A stretch of DNA of 64,000 nucleotides from an uncultured Nitrososphaerales archaeon. Lineage in GTDB: Archaea > Thermoproteota > Nitrososphaeria > Nitrososphaerales > Nitrososphaeraceae. Shown here in pieces: positions 61,018 to 64,000 of the stretch (position 1 is its first letter; each line of letters begins with the position of its first letter). Under the pieces are notes generated by a model, which saw only the letters and a list, made by a program, of their open reading frames with translations, was not told the DNA's origin and ran no database searches. The stretch covers positions 1 to 64,000 of the forward strand of contig CAWJCY010000002.1 in assembly GCA_963841565.1 (NCBI GenBank). The letters are read 5' to 3'. A program made the position numbers and the translations under genes.

Positions 61018-62025
61018 TTATCTGCGATCTATTATGTCATCAAGTTCTTGTCCGGTTCCTATTACTGCAACTTTTAGACCTATTTCTTTTTCCATATTAT
61101 TAACAAACCTTTTGGCCACATTGGACAGATTATTGAACTTCCTTTTTCCTGCGTCAGAAGGAAAAACAATATCGAGTTTCGTTAATGCTACCTGTGTGGC
61201 GCTGTTCAACATTATTGAACGTCTGGCTAACTCAAAATTGAAAGGCGAGGCTCTCCTCAGTCGTCCCGTGACACTACCAAATTCAGTCCATCCTTTTGAA
61301 GTAGTTTCTTCTTGTTCCAGTTCCCCCTCTAGGGGACCTGATCCTACTCTTGTAACATATGCCTTGAATACTACCATTACCTCACTTACTTTTTTTGGTC
61401 CAATTCCAACATCAGAACATATAGCAGATGCCGTCACATCCTTTGAGGTCACGAAAGGATAGGTCCCATGGTAAAGAGAGAGGAACGTACCTTGTGTGCC
61501 TTCAATTAGAACAGTCTTATCACTGTCTATCGAGCTGTTTACAATACTAGGTATGTCCTGTAAATATTCCGAGAGCTCAAATGAATCCCTTGCAAGAAAA
61601 GCTTTTCGCAACGCTCTGTCGGCATTTGCAGGTCCTGTTCCCGTTCCAGTTGTTCCTATCCTATTTAGATTTGGGTCGGAGGCATCCTTTTCAATGTGAG
61701 TACTATCTATTATGCCACACTGAGGATCAACAAATGTTCTATCTTTCGTATTGAAATTTTTAATTTCTTCAAGGAGGACGTTCACGTTAATAAGAACTCC
61801 TGGGCCGATCATAAGTCTGGTGTGATTGCATACTAACGCACTTGGTAACATTCTGGTTTTATGTTCTTTTCCATGGAACATTATCGTATGCCCTGCATTG
61901 GGTCCTACACCGCCTCGAACCGCAACATCGGCTTTATCTTTCCTAGCTAGATATGCAACAATTTTCCCCTTTCCTTCGTCGCCATAAAATCCACCTACTA
62001 TTACTGTGCACGGCATCCCTCTCAT
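61018..62025 (-). CDS. purA: Adenylosuccinate synthetase (short archaeal type)
   Basis: GDEGKGK, GPNAGHT, EGTQG, GTYPFVTS, VTGRLRR, TKLD. Confidence 0.96.
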   Translation of the reverse strand: MRGMPCTVIVGGFYGDEGKGKIVAYLARKDKADVAVRGGVGPNAGHTIMFHGKEHKTRMLPSALVCNHTRLMIGPGVLINVNVLLEEIKNFNTKDRTFVDPQCGIIDSTHIEKDASDPNLNRIGTTGTGTGPANADRALRKAFLARDSFELSEYLQDIPSIVNSSIDSDKTVLIEGTQGTFLSLYHGTYPFVTSKDVTASAICSDVGIGPKKVSEVMVVFKAYVTRVGSGPLEGELEQEETTSKGWTEFGSVTGRLRRASPFNFELARRSIMLNSATQVALTKLDIVFPSDAGKRKFNNLSNVAKRFVNNMEKEIGLKVAVIGTGQELDDIIDRR

Positions 62026-62116
62026 AGGTAAGGATCTCAGATATTTTAAGCAAATGGCACTATTGTGGTGATCAAAATACCATCTTACATAAGTGAGATT
62101 TCAAAATTACTAAAAT

Positions 62117-62581
62117 ATGCATGATGAATTGCAGCAATACCCTACCGAGAATATTGTTCTAATATTGTCGAAGCTTCCTGAATTCCTACGTGAGTCGATG
62201 ATGAGAAGTCGACTTCAGGAGCTTTGTGCCAAGGATTCAAAGGCGCGGGAAGAATTCATCGACTCGATGTTGATGGGTCTTTCCTTGGCAGAAAAGGATT
62301 CCTTGAGGAAGGTAATTCGAACCTGGCTCGGAGTAATATCAAGGCTAGAGAACAACGAAATCTTGACTGTATTTACCGCATTTATAGACATTTACGAAAG
62401 GGAGCCTACTTTATGCGAAAAGGATTACTTTGAAGTTCTCTTTGAAGCTTATCAATCATTAGAAGAAAATCAAAGGGTTATACTTCGTGATTGTTTTGTT
62501 GAAGTGGTACTCAATCAATATCTAGGTAGACATACAATGTTTACTTTGCCTATGAAAGTACGTTCAGCGCTAGTGTTGTGA
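62117..62581 (+). CDS. Hypothetical helical protein
   Basis: 154-aa ORF; LPEFLR..M...RL.E motif. Confidence 0.72.
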   Translation: MHDELQQYPTENIVLILSKLPEFLRESMMRSRLQELCAKDSKAREEFIDSMLMGLSLAEKDSLRKVIRTWLGVISRLENNEILTVFTAFIDIYEREPTLCEKDYFEVLFEAYQSLEENQRVILRDCFVEVVLNQYLGRHTMFTLPMKVRSALVL

Positions 62582-62845
62582 TGAATTGTTTTGATCCATG
62601 TTGTCGGGATTCTTTTGCAATTCCTCTGGCTTCTCCAATCCAAAGAACATTCTTTCATGTTTGCGTAGCGCTTTTCTATGTTCGGGAAGAGACATATCAA
62701 GTCTCAGTTCGTTGATTACCATCACGGAATAAGTGTTCCATTCAGCCCAACAAGTCGGACATGAAGGATACTTCTGGGACATCGGGTCAGTAATAGAGGA
62801 ATCATCAAAATCCTTCCCACATTTCATGCAGGTTTTAGACATCAA
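62570..62845 (-). CDS. Fe(II)-trafficking/YggX-like protein
   Basis: C..CW.EW....MVINELRLDM. Confidence 0.82.
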   Translation of the reverse strand: MMSKTCMKCGKDFDDSSITDPMSQKYPSCPTCWAEWNTYSVMVINELRLDMSLPEHRKALRKHERMFFGLEKPEELQKNPDNMDQNNSSQH

Positions 62846-62959
62846 CCGACTTTTAGCTTTCGAATATTTTATTGTTTGTTACTTTACTAATAAAAGGCTA
62901 CACAGGAATCTTCTAGGGTGTTTCCCTTCAATTTTTTTTGCAAATTCATAGCCTAACCG

Positions 62960-63157
62960 TTAGATTCTCTTATTGCTGTAGCTATGAAATTTCATGATGT
63001 GAGCCCGCATTTGTTCCATCCCAAAATATTCCAGTCCGCAGGAGTTACATCTATAGGATTTGTCTTTTCCATGAACGACTTGTTGGTGTTGCATTAACTC
63101 TTCGATTTTTCTAAATGATTTCCCACATTCTACGCACTTATTTTTCTTAAGAAGCAA
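62960..63157 (-). CDS. Tandem C2H2 zinc-finger protein
   Basis: CVECGKSF...LMQHQQVVH; CNSCG..Y...MRAHIMKFH. Confidence 0.85.
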   Translation of the reverse strand: MLLKKNKCVECGKSFRKIEELMQHQQVVHGKDKSYRCNSCGLEYFGMEQMRAHIMKFHSYSNKRI

Positions 63158-63289
63158 ATTTGTGGTCGACGTTCTCCTTTTGTGTTTGGTACCGCAAATT
63201 AACAGATGATTTCAAATTAGTTGTCATTTCCGAATTCCTCTCGTATTCTAATCTCATAATACTTTAATAAAAGGTCATTGTTTAGCTAA

Positions 63290-63646
63290 TTGACTCCACC
63301 TTTGAAAAAGATAGAGGCAATCTTGCCACACGCACGTCTGGAACTTGTGTTTTCGGCGTTAAGGGATATGGGATTGGGAGGCCTAACGTATTACGAGTCA
63401 AAGGGTAGAGGGCAGAACCCACGTCCGATATTACATTCTGGGAGAGGCACGTCCACCTATACCCCTGAATTCAATCTCAACGCTACTTTGGTGGTCGTGG
63501 CTCGAGACTCAGCCATAGATAGCATAATTAACACTATACTAGAGAATTCTAGCACTGGACTCAAGGGAGAAGGAAAGATATTCGTCTACGATCTGGATGA
63601 TGCCGTAGACATAGGGTCAAAGTCCAGAGGTGAAGCAGCGATCTGA
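63290..63646 (+). CDS. glnB: P-II family nitrogen regulator
   Basis: KKIEAI, KGRG, T-loop GRGT, GEGKIFV. Confidence 0.9.
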   Translation: MTPPLKKIEAILPHARLELVFSALRDMGLGGLTYYESKGRGQNPRPILHSGRGTSTYTPEFNLNATLVVVARDSAIDSIINTILENSSTGLKGEGKIFVYDLDDAVDIGSKSRGEAAI

Positions 63647-63918
63647 AAATCATTTTGGTTGGAGTGACACCGTACATTAAATACGCCTCGGCTTCATCGC
63701 TGGGAATATTACTATGCAGTTCGTAGTGTATTCGAATTAGATCTTAGTTATGCTGGCAATAATCGGAGATACTTAGAATGTATCCTATTTGCAGGAATTG
63801 GTTTTAAAGATGATTCATTATTAATCTAGTTATGATTTGTAATAATCATAGTTTGCTACCCCTCAACTAGATTGGGAGAGAAGGGCGACGCTGCATCACG
63901 GAACAACCTCTGTCCGTT

Positions 63919-64000
63919 CTAACCTTTCGCTCGCACTACTTTAATTCGTTCTAGCACTCTCCAGTATTCAACTTCGCCGCCCTGCCTGATCTTGTCTTTC
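63919..64000 (-). CDS. C-terminus of a protein running off the window edge
   Basis: KDKIRQGGEVEYWRVLERIKVVRAKG*. Confidence 0.45.
   Translation of the reverse strand, partial: KDKIRQGGEVEYWRVLERIKVVRAKG

Overview
Archaeal DNA, most likely a soil ammonia-oxidising archaeon (Nitrososphaeraceae): archaeal-type 4-hydroxybutyryl-CoA dehydratase, PoK/PPS/PanB/CoaBC cluster, EgsA and BHB-intron tRNAs. Bases ~19.6-64 kb are core genome: CoA synthesis, egsA, aCPSF1-like, sepF, Lhr, RPA, map, gap, trpGD, hcd, apt, mtnP, ubiX, uppS, pyrF, purA, P-II, tRNA-Pro and a two-intron tRNA-Trp. Bases 1-19.6 kb are a decayed integration hotspot around an intron-containing tRNA-Arg(CCT). It holds a cas-less CRISPR array (8-9 repeats, no two identical) fused to a truncated tyrosine integrase, three downstream copies of the tRNA 3' end, four integrase remnants and three terminase-like C-terminal remnants. 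Two of these units look like miniature, internally deleted provirus derivatives. The island also carries a dense CGTTCAA heptamer array and two and a half copies of a multi-TM + Venus-flytrap receptor-like protein with no output domain. Several 1-bp frameshifts in core genes suggest sequencing error. All calls are by eye from motifs; no database searches were run.
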